A stretch of 64,000 nucleotides of DNA from Torpedo marmorata. Lineage: Eukaryota. The stretch spans positions 26,908,001 through 26,972,000 of the forward strand of contig OZ360236.1 in the NCBI GenBank assembly GCA_977017645.1, in the 5' to 3' direction. The position numbers and the translations under genes are program-made. A model generated the notes under the pieces. That model was not told where the DNA came from and ran no database searches. It saw nothing but the letters and a program-made list of their open reading frames with translations. Shown here in pieces: positions 12,901 through 23,870 of the stretch (positions within the stretch are counted from its first letter, which is position 1; the number at the start of each line of letters is the position of its first letter).

Positions 12901-15049
12901 TTGATTCAGTTATATGATGAGAATCGTCTGCAATTAAAATATTAATTAAATTGGAAGCCAAGTTGGCAAATTTATTAAAAAAAACTTTCAAAATATATAT
13001 TGGGTTCATCATTCATTAGTGTCTAACTGTTAACATGTGCAATTCAGCAAAACTTGGCAACCATCCAAATTTCTGGAATCGGTGCCTTGTCGCATATATT
13101 CACTTACAAACCAGCAGCGTGTTCATTGTGCTATTCCACATGAACAGAAAACCAATTAAGGTGCTGGGGAAATGAGTTTCTGGGGAAATATGTTCTCTCT
13201 GAATCTCCAGCGGTTCATCAGATCAAAAAGGTTTGCATATAGGCTTCAGTGAGACACCTGCTCCTTATCAGATTAATACATGCCCACGACCCTTCTCATG
13301 TGCAGAACTCCTGGAGACGTTATCTATTCCTCATGGGATCAAGTGGAACTTCTGCTGCCACATGACACCATCTTTGCTCTGATAGGCTCTAACATCTACG
13401 AAAAGTGATGCTAAAAATATGGTAAGGTACAGCAACCCAGATGAATAAGTTAATGATATTCCAACACTTTCACATTACTTCCGAAGTGCAAACACAAAAA
13501 CATTGGCACGTTGGACATCATCATCTTGGAAGGTTACACTTTTTTGTGACTTTGAATATTAGTTGGATTACTGAGCTACCAGGATCTTGGTTATCTTCTG
13601 AAGATATGGTCAATCAGTGGTTAAAAACGTAAGAATCAATGCAAACAGAGAAAATGCAATTCCCATTAAGAAGCTTATCAGGACCTGTCTTCAAAAGCAG
13701 ATTATAAGTCAATATATTGGTATAAAGAACACGGCTCTTATCATTGCAGAAGAACTTCATTTATTGAGGGTTGCAATCAAACTGTTAATTTTGCCAAATA
13801 ATTTCTGCTTCCCAATGATGTAAAATAGCAGTAAGAACAAAGTCTGGAAAATAATTTGCAGACAGCATCAATGGAAAGAGAAGCTTCAGGTTGAGGAGAA
13901 TCTCCACAGATGTTGCCTACTCAAATTTCTAGCATCTCCGTGGCTTTACTAAATATGCCAGTTCAGTTCTAGATTCATATAATCTGTAACCGCAGGTGTG
14001 TGAGCCCACACAAAGGAAGCTGACTAATCACTTGAACTCAACACCATCTGGAATATCTTTCCAGCATGGTATCCACTGAATACACAAGTGCTCCATGAAA
14101 AATCCCAAACACTTTATAAATGTCACCAACTTGTTTCTGTTTGTGAATATTATAACCTAGCCTAAACTAAGAAATAGAGCAATAGACATTGATCTTTGTG
14201 CCTCACTGACACGTGTGCAATGTGCTAAAGGAGTTGACAGCACTCCCGCACTTTGCATCTTGATGTTGGGCAGATACCAGACTAGAAGTCTACATTTGTT
14301 TCAACCTGGCCTTTTTGGATAGAGAACTTTGGTCTGTGCAAAACAAAGTCACCCGCACAACAGGGGAATGGCCAATGAATGAATCTGTCCAGTGGTAGAT
14401 TATGATACGAATCTGGAACTGAACTGGCCAATGAATACTCATCGAAGATGATGGTTTCCCCCAACACTGATTGGCATTGTGGTTGTAACTGTTTTCCTTT
14501 TAGGTACAAAAGGATTCCAATAAGGTTTGAAATCTTCAGGCTGGGCTCTCTCAGGAAAGGTTCAGTTAAATCTCCACACTCCACTGGGATACAAGATGGC
14601 TCTATATTTTGAAGGGTGCAGGGATACCACCTTCCCTGCCCTGCCATCCATTATCCCCTCAGTGCAGACCCACCTCACAGTGACCAAGCTCAGCAGCACT
14701 CTGTGGCCTCTGCGACTTGGCAAGCAGCAGATTGATCAAAGAATAAAATGTGGCGAATTGGAATCTGAATAAATGGCTAGGGCGTGGGATTTCAGTCCAA
14801 TCCATGGAGAGAGTCTTGCTTAGAAATTCACTTTGTGTGTTCTATTCCATTGTAGGCAAACAGTATTAACATGATGTAAACATGGACATGGTATAGATTG
14901 AGTTAAGGAGAGAATAGATAAACAAATGAGAGGAAAGGTTTTGCTGAAAGATTTAGATGCTCCAATTGAACAGAGTTGACATGGACTGGTCGGGCAGAGT
15001 GGTATTTTTATGTGCATATATCCTAGATAATGATTTAGTCAAATATTTA

Positions 15050-16320
15050 TAAACGAATGTAGCCCAGAAACAGGAACTTCAGCCCAACTCATCCAAGCCA
15101 GCTGTTGCCTCCCTAAGTTTGTCCCATTTGCCTACGTTTGGCCCATATACTGTACCTCTCGACCTTTCCTATCCATGCACCTGTCCAAATGTCTGATAAA
15201 CATTGCAATTGTAAGTGCTTGTACACTTTCTTCTAGGAACTCATTACACACACCCAACAGCCTCTTTGTGGAAAAAAGATGCCCCATGGGACCCTGATAA
15301 ATCTTTCCCCTCTCCCCTTAAATCTATACCTTCTGGTTTTAGACTCCCCTTCCCTGGGAATAAGATTGTGACCATTCACCTTATGTATACCCCTCACAGT
15401 TTTATATACCTAAGGCCTCATTCTCCTACGCTCCAGAGAAAATGTCATAGTCTCCCTTTATTACTCAAGCTGTCCAGTTAGTAACATCCTTGTGAATATT
15501 TTCTGCATCCTTTCCAGCTTAATGATATCCTTCCTGTAGCTAAATGACTAGAACTGCACGCAATATTTCAAGTGCACTCTCACCAAAGACTTGTTCACAT
15601 GTAACATGATATCCAACTCTTGTACTTAATGCCCTGAACTGATGAAGGCAAGCATGCCAAATACCATCTGCATTGCCATTTTCAGGGAACTATGCACTTG
15701 CATCCCGAGGTTTCTCTTTTTTACAACATGCTCTCCAAAGCCCTGTCCTGTTTAACTTCCCAAATGTGACATCTTGCACTAGTTCAAGTTAAATTCTGTC
15801 TGCCATTCCTTGACCCACTTTTACAGTTGATTGATATCCTTTTCTAATCTTGGGTAACCTTCTTCACTGTTCATTGTATCACCAATTTTGGGGTCATTTT
15901 CAAACTTGTTACCCAAGCCAACTATGTTCTTATCCAAACTGTTGATATCAATGATAAACAACAGTGGACCCAGCCCTGATCCCTGCAGCACACCACCGGT
16001 CACAGATATCCAATCTGAAAATTAAGCCCCCACTACCATCTTCTGTGTCCCACCACCAAGCCAATATTGTATTAAATTGGCCCCCTCACCCTGGACCCCC
16101 TGCAATCTGACCAGCCTACCAACAGGAACTTTGTCAAAGGCCTTGCTAAAGTCCAGATAGATAACATCTATCATCTTTTCTTGTAAATCCTTTTGTCACC
16201 TCTTCCAAAAACTCAGTAAAATTCCTGAGCACACTTTCCCATGCACCAAGCCATGGTGAATATCTCTAGTCTATCCTTCCTTTTCCAAAAGCAGGCAGTT
16301 CCAATCTCAGTATTCCCTCT
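15050..16320 (-). mobile_element. CR1-clade LINE, degraded 3' part; target of the hAT element
   Basis: RT remnant TGGVLQGSGLGPLLFII (ORF 15821-16003), ALARPLTKF/KAFDKV region near 16130-16150, and CR1-like 3'UTR near 15050-15200. Confidence 0.75.
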
Positions 16321-16996
16321 CAGTGGCATATCTAGGTCAAATAGCGCCTGTGGCAAGCACTGAAATTGCGCCCCCCCTGTTAAAAAAGCGCAAGTAAAGT
16401 TGCCAGTTGGGCGATTTCCACACACAATTGGGCATAGTTTCTTTTTATGTCAGCCAAAACTGCTAAAAGGAATAAAATGCCCTTTTATGAGAAGCGTACA
16501 CTTCCCTGAACAACGCTGCCATTCCGTTTATCTGCTTGCCACTATAGTGCAGGCAATTGCCATGGAGTTTTTTTTTTACAGCTTGTAGTCTATATTACTT
16601 GTCCATCGCTTCAATTAGGAGCAAAAAAGAAAGGGCTTTGTAATGCAATTGTCTTGCTAAGGAGAGTGACTTAAATTGGGAGATTATGTGAGCTGGACCA
16701 CCTGTAGGGCATTCATGGGGATTTCTATATGTCCGAGCCTCTGCCTTACTGCTTGCAGTCTGATGAACAATACAGAAAAAGCTGTTTAAAAGACTGTTCT
16801 ATGTTTCCTTCATGCTCACTAACTGTTACAATTCGTATCCCCGTTTAAACGAGTTAAGTCTCAAAACGGCCCTTTTAATTAATTTTCAGGCAGCATGTTG
16901 GCCAGTGGTCTTGCAAACCAAGGGAGGGAGGGAGGGAGGGAGGGAGCGGGGTGGGGGGAGAGAGGGAGAGAGGGAGAGGGAGGGGGAGAGAGAATG

Positions 16997-17132
16997 NNNN
17001 NNNNNNNNNNNNNNNNNNNNNNNNNNNNNNNNNNNNNNNNNNNNNNNNNNNNNNNNNNNNNNNNNNNNNNNNNNNNNNNNNNNNNNNNNNNNNNNNNNNN
17101 NNNNNNNNNNNNNNNNNNNNNNNNNNNNNNNN
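16997..17132. other. Assembly gap (N run) next to a GA-rich microsatellite
   Basis: 136 consecutive N. Confidence 1.
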
Positions 17133-17481
17133 ATTCGATTCAAAAGGCTCAATCCCACAGATTAACCCCATTGAATTGGCCCTCGCTTAAGAAATTACGT
17201 ACTCAGCTATTGGGCAGCCAGGTAAAAAGTTTAACAATTACCAAAACAGTTTTTCTCCTAAACCAACATCCCTCGACATGCTGCCCGCAAGTAAAACGTA
17301 TAGGATTCCCGCAGAAATGAGAGCCCCGAGAGTGTTCGCAAATGTGATCAAATCAAAAGTTGTTTTATTGTCAAAATAGAATAATTGCTTCAAATATTTG
17401 TTGCTCTGGCTGAGGCAACCACTAAACTTTTTTAATACAAAAATTTACATACCCTGTATATACTTCAAAAACACATTTGTT

Positions 17482-18770
17482 GTTAAGAAGATAGAAGATT
17501 GTTATGAAGGGGGTCAATTGATGTCGTTTGTACAGCTAAGAAACAAATATGGAATACCGAATAATACTATTTTTTGTTATTTTCAATTAAGAGGATATTT
17601 AAGGGAAAAATTAGGTTCGGATATGCTGTTACAAAATTGTAGCGAAGTGGAAACTCTTATTAGGAAAGGAAATACTAGAAAATTTACTTCTATAATATAC
17701 TCCTTGTTACAAAGGGGAGCCTTAAAACAAGGACTTCACAAATCTAGACAGAGATGGAAACAAGATCTTAATGTAACAATTGATGATAAAAGATGGTCGG
17801 ATTTATGTCAAGATAGCATGACCAATACTGTTAATGTAAGATATAGATTAATATAAGATATAAGATACAGTATAACGTTTTACACCAATTATACCTTACA
17901 CCACAAAAATGGAATAAAATAAAATCGGCATTATCAAACAAGTGTTTTAGATGTGGTGAAGTAGAGAGAACTTTTTTACATTCAACCTGGTTATGCTCCA
18001 AGGTAAAATTCTTTTGGATGGAATTAGGGAATTTGTTAAAACAAATTACAGGTGTTACATTTCCACAAAACCCTGATTTATTCTTATTAGGGAATGTGGA
18101 AGGAACTAGACCAAAATTGAAGTTATCAGCATATCAATTGAAATTTGTAAAAATCTCTTTAGCGGTAGCAAGGAAGTGTATAGCTGTAACTTGGAAATCA
18201 GATACAAGTTTAGGCATGGATAGATGGAATACAGAGATGCAGAGTTATATTTCATTGGAAAAAATAACATATAATATGAGAAATAAATATGGGGTATTTT
18301 TGCAAATTTGGCGTCCATATATCCAATCATTAGGTATGAATATGTAAATGTGTTACTCCACATCCTAGACCCTGCTGACTCTCTCAAATTTAAATAATAA
18401 AAATACTGATGAAAACCCTGCGTCGAGCTGTGGACACCCGGGCGATCCGTACAGATGTTTCTAATAAGCAATATTATATTACTTTCTTTTTTTCCTTCTT
18501 TCTTTTTAGCTTTTAGGAAGGGGAGGGAATTTAAGGGGAGGGAAAGGGTGGAGGGTGGGATTAGAAATATTAAATATTAAGTAATAATATTAATTTGAAA
18601 TGTTTGAAAATGTTATAAGGGTTTGGGGGGTTAAGGGAAGGGGTAGATACACTATATAATACAAATATAATTTAAAAAGATTTTTCTGAAATTAACAATG
18701 TATATTATTCATGTTTGTATTACTGTGTGAAAATTTAAAATTTAAAATAAAATATTAAAAAAAACCCCAA
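17482..18770 (+). mobile_element. 5'-truncated L1-clade LINE, divergent subfamily, inserted in the captured fzd8 3'UTR
   Basis: ORF2 C-terminal remnants (NVRYRLI; KCIAVTWKSD...LEKITYN), G-rich 3'UTR, A-rich tail, 15-bp TSD AAAAACACATTTGTT at 17467-17481 and 18771-18785. Confidence 0.9.
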
Positions 18771-19248
18771 AAAAACACATTTGTTATGTACACAATTTAC
18801 AAGTTGTGTTCATAGTACAAATAATTAGATAAATATAATTTTTGCAAGAACCCCGTATAACATGGGATATTTAAAAAATCACGATTTTAAGACCGGTTGA
18901 TGAACCCATGCCATTTTTGTCCCTCTGTTTTAAGTTACTTTAAGTTTAGCAGATGCCAGCAATTAAGAGGAGAAAACACACTCCCGATAGGTTTAAAAAG
19001 TTCCTGTTCTTGTGAACAACGCAATCTCTCTTCCTCCCACATTCAACATCTGGTGACTGTCCTGAGCATTTAAAAATTGTTTTAAGATTTAGAAGTATTA
19101 GTGCCAGGTACATTGCTCTGGTCAGTCCTTCACTTCTGACTAATGGATACCATTAGAAGTTCATTAACATGTTAATAAAGATGCTGGTCGCGTATCTTCG
19201 GTTTGGTTGCGGGGGGGGGGGGTGGGTGTTGAAAGTCTGGTCGATATG

Positions 19249-19551
19249 TCAGACTTGGGATAACGGCACTTGCCTCGGGTAAGACATGGAGCTGGCCGTG
19301 CCTGATCTCCAGGACAAGCTGTACATGGAGCCGCCTGTCCCCTTGCTGCTCCAGCAACAGCGCGTGCAGAAGGCCCTCCACAACTCCAGCATTTTGCCTG
19401 ACTCGATCCAGACTCCGGAGGTGATGCCCACCAGTAGACACATAAAGTACTTGAGCATGAAGATGGCGTAGTCCGACTTCCTGAGCACCGCCTCTCCGCC
19501 TGGCTTCTCCCTGGGAGAGTGGCAGTTGTGACTCAGCTCCCAGCTTGGACG
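19249..19551 (-). pseudogene. fzd8: Frizzled-8-like C-terminal fragment (extracellular loop 3, TM7, cytoplasmic tail) inside the hAT element
   Basis: Translates as RPSWELSHNC...DYAIFMLKYFMCLLVGITSGVWIESGKMLELWRAFCTRCCWSSKGTGGSMYS-LSWRSGTASSMSYPRQVPLSQV*, matching the FZD8 C-terminus (WRSGTASSVSYPKQMPLSQV). No CRD or TM1-6; KTxxxW is mutated; a short in-frame deletion lies after SMYS. Confidence 0.9.
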
Positions 19552-20685
19552 GCCGAAGTCATTCGAAGGGCCCCTGCAGTACGTGCGGCTGGAGGTGGCC
19601 AGGACTGGGAGAACTGCTCAGTGGCGCCCCCCTTCAAGTGGCGCCCAGGGCACACGCCATAGCTGCCATACCCTAGATATGCCTATGTTCCCTCTATCTC
19701 CATCTATAGCCCCCCAAGTTCCAGCTCTTCTATGCTCAACCAAGTTGGTTCTAAATATAGTGCGGGTTTCTTCCTCCATTTCTTTTTCACACTCTGTTTC
19801 AGGCCTCTAAATGCTACCGGAGTGAAACAACTCCTCCCTCAACTAATTCTAGCATTTAATTCAGATCTATGCTCCCTGGTTACTGCCCTCTCTGTTGAAG
19901 GATATCAATTATTTCTGTTTAAGCAGCTCATAATTTTACACATCGATTTACTCTTCCTTTTCAATTCAAAATAAGGAATTTCATCTTATCCAGTTTCTCT
20001 TTATAACCAATACACAGACATGCTGGAGGAACTCAGCCAGTCTTGCAGCGTCCATAGGAGGTAAAGATATATTACCAACGTTTCGGGCCTGAACCATTCC
20101 TCAAGGTATGAGCAAAAAAAGAGATAGGTATCTGAGTTAAAGGCTGGGGAAAAAAAGGGGAAGAATGGGAGGGGGAGGAGTACAGACAAAAGGTGTTAAC
20201 TGGATATGATAAGAGGACAGGAGAGAGGATAGGTGAGTTGATTTTGGTTCTGTGAAAGGAGAGAGGGAAAAGGGGAGAGAGAGAGAGAGAGAGAGAGACA
20301 GAGCTGGAGGAAAGGAGACATGGGAAAAGATGGTGGGGGTAGATTTCTAATGGAAACCAGAGAAGACAATGTTAATGCCATCCAGTTGGAGGGTGCCCAG
20401 ATGGAATATGAGGTGTTGTTCCTCCAATTTGCAGGTGGTCTCAGTCTGGCAATGCATGAGACCATGAACAGACATGTTAGCAAGGGTATGGGACAGGGAA
20501 TTGAAATGGATGGCCAGTGGGAGATCCACACTATTGTGGCGGACAAAGCTGAGGTGCTGAACGAAGCGATATCCCAGTCTGTGTCCAATCTCTCCGATAT
20601 AGAGGAGACCACACTAGGAGCACTGGATGCAGTGGATGACCTTTGCAGATTCACATGTGAACTGTTGCCAACGGGGCCAAGGTAA

Positions 20686-21860
20686 AATTCCAATGCTATC
20701 TACAAGTTTGCCGATTGATGCGCCATCAATTACTTCAAAAGTTTAATGGGGTGTAAATTGGGTGGCACGAACTCGTAGGGCCGAAATGGCCTGTTACAGT
20801 GCTGTATGTCTAAAAAAAAAAAGACTAGAAGTTATATATAAACTGATAGGCTTTTATTAACAACAGAATGGAGGCACGTCCATGCTGGTTGTCTGTCCTG
20901 GACTGAGGAGGGAGCTGTGGCATAGTCGCCTTTATTCAGGGGTCTCTGGGAGGAGCCACAGGCACAGTCAGCAAGGGGCGTGTCCAGACTAACTATAACA
21001 AGTACTAACACAGCCACAACATATATACAGTGGTTTTCCACACCGATGACACCACAGTCATCGCCAGAATCACAAACGGTAATGAGGAAGCGTACAGGAG
21101 GGAGATAGATGAGTTCTTTGAGTAGTGTCACACCAACAACCTTGCGCTCAACGTTAGCAAAACCAAGGAGATGATTGTGGACTTCAGGAGGGAGTCAGGG
21201 GAACACGGCCCACTTCTCATCGAGGGCTCAGTAGTGGAAAGGGTCAAGAACTTCAAATTCCTGGGTGTCAACATCTCCGAGGATCTGTCCTGGAGCCTCC
21301 ATGTTGATGCAATCACAAAGAAGGCCCGCCAGCGGCTATACTTTGTGAGGTGCTTGAGGAGATTCAGTATGTCACCGAAGACTCTTGAAATCTTCTACAG
21401 GTGTACTGTGGAGAGCATTCTGGCTGGTTTCATCACTGTCTGGTATGGAGGCGCCAAATGTCAGGACAAGAAAAAACTCCAGAGGGTTGTTAACTTGGCC
21501 TGCGACATCACAGGCACCAGACCTCACTCCATCGAGGACATCTACATGAGGCGGTGTCTTAAAAAAGCAACCTCTATCCTCAAAGACCCTCACCACCCAG
21601 GACATGCCCTCTTCACTCTGCTACCATCAGGAAAAAGGTACAGGAGCCAAAAGACGAGCACTCAGCGGCACAAGGACAGCTTCTTCCCTGCTGCCATCAG
21701 ATTCCTACCTTACTTTTCATGCACTACTATGTTTATTTTTATTTTTTTATATTATTGTTGTAAGATGGTTCATAATATGAATGTTTGCACTATGATGCTG
21801 CTGCAAAACACCGAATTTTGTGACTTGTTCATGACAATAAATTCTGATTCTGGTTCTGAT
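20686..21860 (+). mobile_element. Rex1/Babar-like LINE, 5'-truncated, interrupted by a solo LTR
   Basis: NAIYKFAD|DTT is split by the LTR; continues KTKEMIVDFRR...FKFLGVNISEDLSW...KARQRLYF; tail GACAATAAATTCTGATTCTGGTTCTGA. Confidence 0.9.
20716..21042 (-). mobile_element. Solo LTR related to the Mag-like Gypsy LTR, containing a V-SINE 3' fragment (20741-20822)
   Basis: TGATG...TGGTTTTCCACA termini resemble the LTRs at 51576 and 55954; shared ATAGGCTTTTA and GCCTTTATT motifs; 5-bp TSD CCGAT at 20711-20715 and 21043-21047. Confidence 0.85.
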
Positions 21861-23674
21861 TGGTGGGGAGGGAGGAGTGGACGAGGGAGTAATGGTGGGA
21901 GCCGTCCCTGTGGAAGGTGGAGAGGGGAGGAGAGGGGAATATGTGTCTGGTGGTGGGATCATGTAGTAGGTGGTGGAAATGGTGATAATATTTTGGATGT
22001 GGAGGCTGGTGGATTGGTAGGTGAGGACAAGGGGAATCCTGTCCTTATTGCACGTGGGGGCGGAGGGGGCCAGGGCAGATGTGCGGTAATGGAGGATATG
22101 CGGTTGAGGGCCGAGTTGATAGTGGTAGAAGGAAAGCCACGTTTTTTGAAGAAGGAGGACATCTTTAGTGATCTGACATGGAATACCTCGTCCTGGGAGC
22201 AGATGCGATGGAAGCAGAGGAATTGAGAGAAAGGAATGGAATCCTTACAGGGTGCAAAGAGGTGTAGTCGAGGTAACTATGGGAGTTGGTGGGTTTGTAG
22301 AAGATGTCTGTCGAGAGTTTGTCTCCCAAGATGGAGACAGAGATCGAGAAAAGGGAGAGTATTACTAGAGATGGACTAAGTGAGTCGGAGGTCAGGGTAG
22401 AAGTTGGCAGCAAATTCTGGAGGTGGAATCACATGGTAGGTGGCTTCTGGTGGTGGGATCTATTTAACTAATCTTCTCCAATCCTAGCAACATCCCTACG
22501 AACCTCTCAGCCTCTCTCCTGCAAATGTATTCTGTCTATCTTGTGGGATTCAGATGTATGCAGTATTCTAGCTGTGGTCTCATGATTCTGGCATGATTTG
22601 TATTCTATTATTTAGCCAATTAAGGCAAGTAATTTTCTGATCTGCTTTGCCCATTCCACTACCTCTCAATGATCAATGAATCTATTCCAAATTCTCTCTC
22701 TTCCTCAGCCTTATTATTTATTGAATATTCCCTTGTCGTGTCTGCCTTCCCCAAATTTATTGACAGACATACCTGTATGTTTTTAAAACTACCTTTCACC
22801 TTGTACACACAAGAAGCAATTTGTCAGTAAGAAAATACAATATTTCAAAAAAGTAAATAATATAAGCAAGCCGGAATATTTATGGCTGAAAAAAAAATCA
22901 AGACAAATTTCATATTCAACAATGAAAATGTCAATCGGGAGTACAATTATTCATTGGTACTTTATACTTAAACACTGGAGGGTAATAGAATTACTTTGGT
23001 AATATTTCTCCATCTGCATTATTGCTTGATGTGAGAAACAGATTTGAGATGAAACTGAACTTCGAGAGAAGAAAATTTGGAGAAGCTGCAAGAAGAATAT
23101 TTATACTGGCTATACCTTTGAGGGTTGTCCTGATTTACCACTGCAGCTTCAGCAGAAAACCTAATTCTTTACCTACTAACTATATTGGAGATTAGAAGGT
23201 TTCTCAAGTGCCACTTCAACACATGCAAATCTCTCTTTCATCAGCATTACTCACTCTCCCCATGAGAACCCCAACCTCTTTTGGGGAGCCACGTGCCTGG
23301 ATTTTCACCCAAGCTTCTGTCAAATTGCAAGTGATTTAGCGAACCTCAGGAGAAAATCCCTGGCAGAAGAATCATAGCCTTTCATTTTGTGTATTTGCAG
23401 TCATGGTTTTGCTACTGAATTAATTTAACAGACAGAATGTTGCAGGCTATAATGACATGCCATGAGCACGTCGAATGCACTAAAATGTGACAGAACAATG
23501 TTTTCACATCATATTTTGAATTAACATATATAATTTGAAGATATTGGATCAGATATCAGTGGCTAATGCCCATTGTTCCAAATAGACCTCCAGGTGCTGA
23601 GCATTTAGAGCAGTAACATGTCCAGATTTCTGCCTGTGCTCTATATAAGTCCCAAATTTCTACGCACAATTAGT

Positions 23675-23870
23675 GTAGCTATTAGCTCAATGCTATTACA
23701 GCATCAGCGACCCGGGTTTAAATCCGGCGCTGTCTGTAAGGAGTTTGTACACTCTCCCCGTGTCGGCGTGAGTTTCCTCTGGATGCTCTGATTTCCTTCA
23801 ACCTTCCAAAAGCGTAGGGTTTGTCGATAAATTGGTGTATTTGGGCAGCACTGGCTTGTGGGCTGGAATG
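23675..23870 (+). mobile_element. tRNA-derived V-SINE (HE1-like)
   Basis: tRNA-like head (gacccgggtttaaatcc), V-domain core aaggagtttgtacactctccccgtgtc...tttcc, partial CR1-like tail. Confidence 0.75.

Larger units (their letters stand above)
16321..19687. mobile_element. Non-autonomous hAT-type DNA transposon carrying captured host sequence (Pack-TIR-like)
   Basis: 16-bp TIRs CAGTGGCATATCTAGG (16321-16336) and CCTAGATATGCCTATG (19672-19687), 14/16 match; perfect 8-bp TSD TTCCCTCT at 16313-16320 and 19688-19695; GCGCCC subterminal motifs at both ends; no transposase; contains an assembly gap. Confidence 0.8.
20004..22415 (-). mobile_element. Penelope-like element split by a Rex1 insertion; own sequence at about 20004-20685 and 21860-22415
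   Basis: GIY-YIG C-terminal remnant (DLPLAIHFNS...CKLEEQHLIFHLGTLQ); RT thumb remnants (LSTDIFYKPTNSHSYLDYTS; MSSFFKKRGFP); terminal hammerhead-like motif at 20070-20110. Confidence 0.85.

Noticed and set aside
12950-14900. Host exons in the unique-looking stretch
   Set aside because: Isolated splice-like motifs exist, but no convincing open exon or recognisable protein was found.
16812-17320. ORFs spanning the X runs
   Set aside because: Artefacts of the N gap and the adjacent GA microsatellite.
19249-19551. Functional frizzled gene or processed retrocopy
   Set aside because: Only the last 100 or so codons are present, the KTxxxW motif is mutated, there is no poly(A) tail after the AATAAA, and the piece lies between hAT TIRs.
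21171-22226. 351-aa ORF as a novel fusion protein
   Set aside because: It is chance read-through from the Rex1 RT C-terminus through its 3' tail into antisense Penelope sequence.
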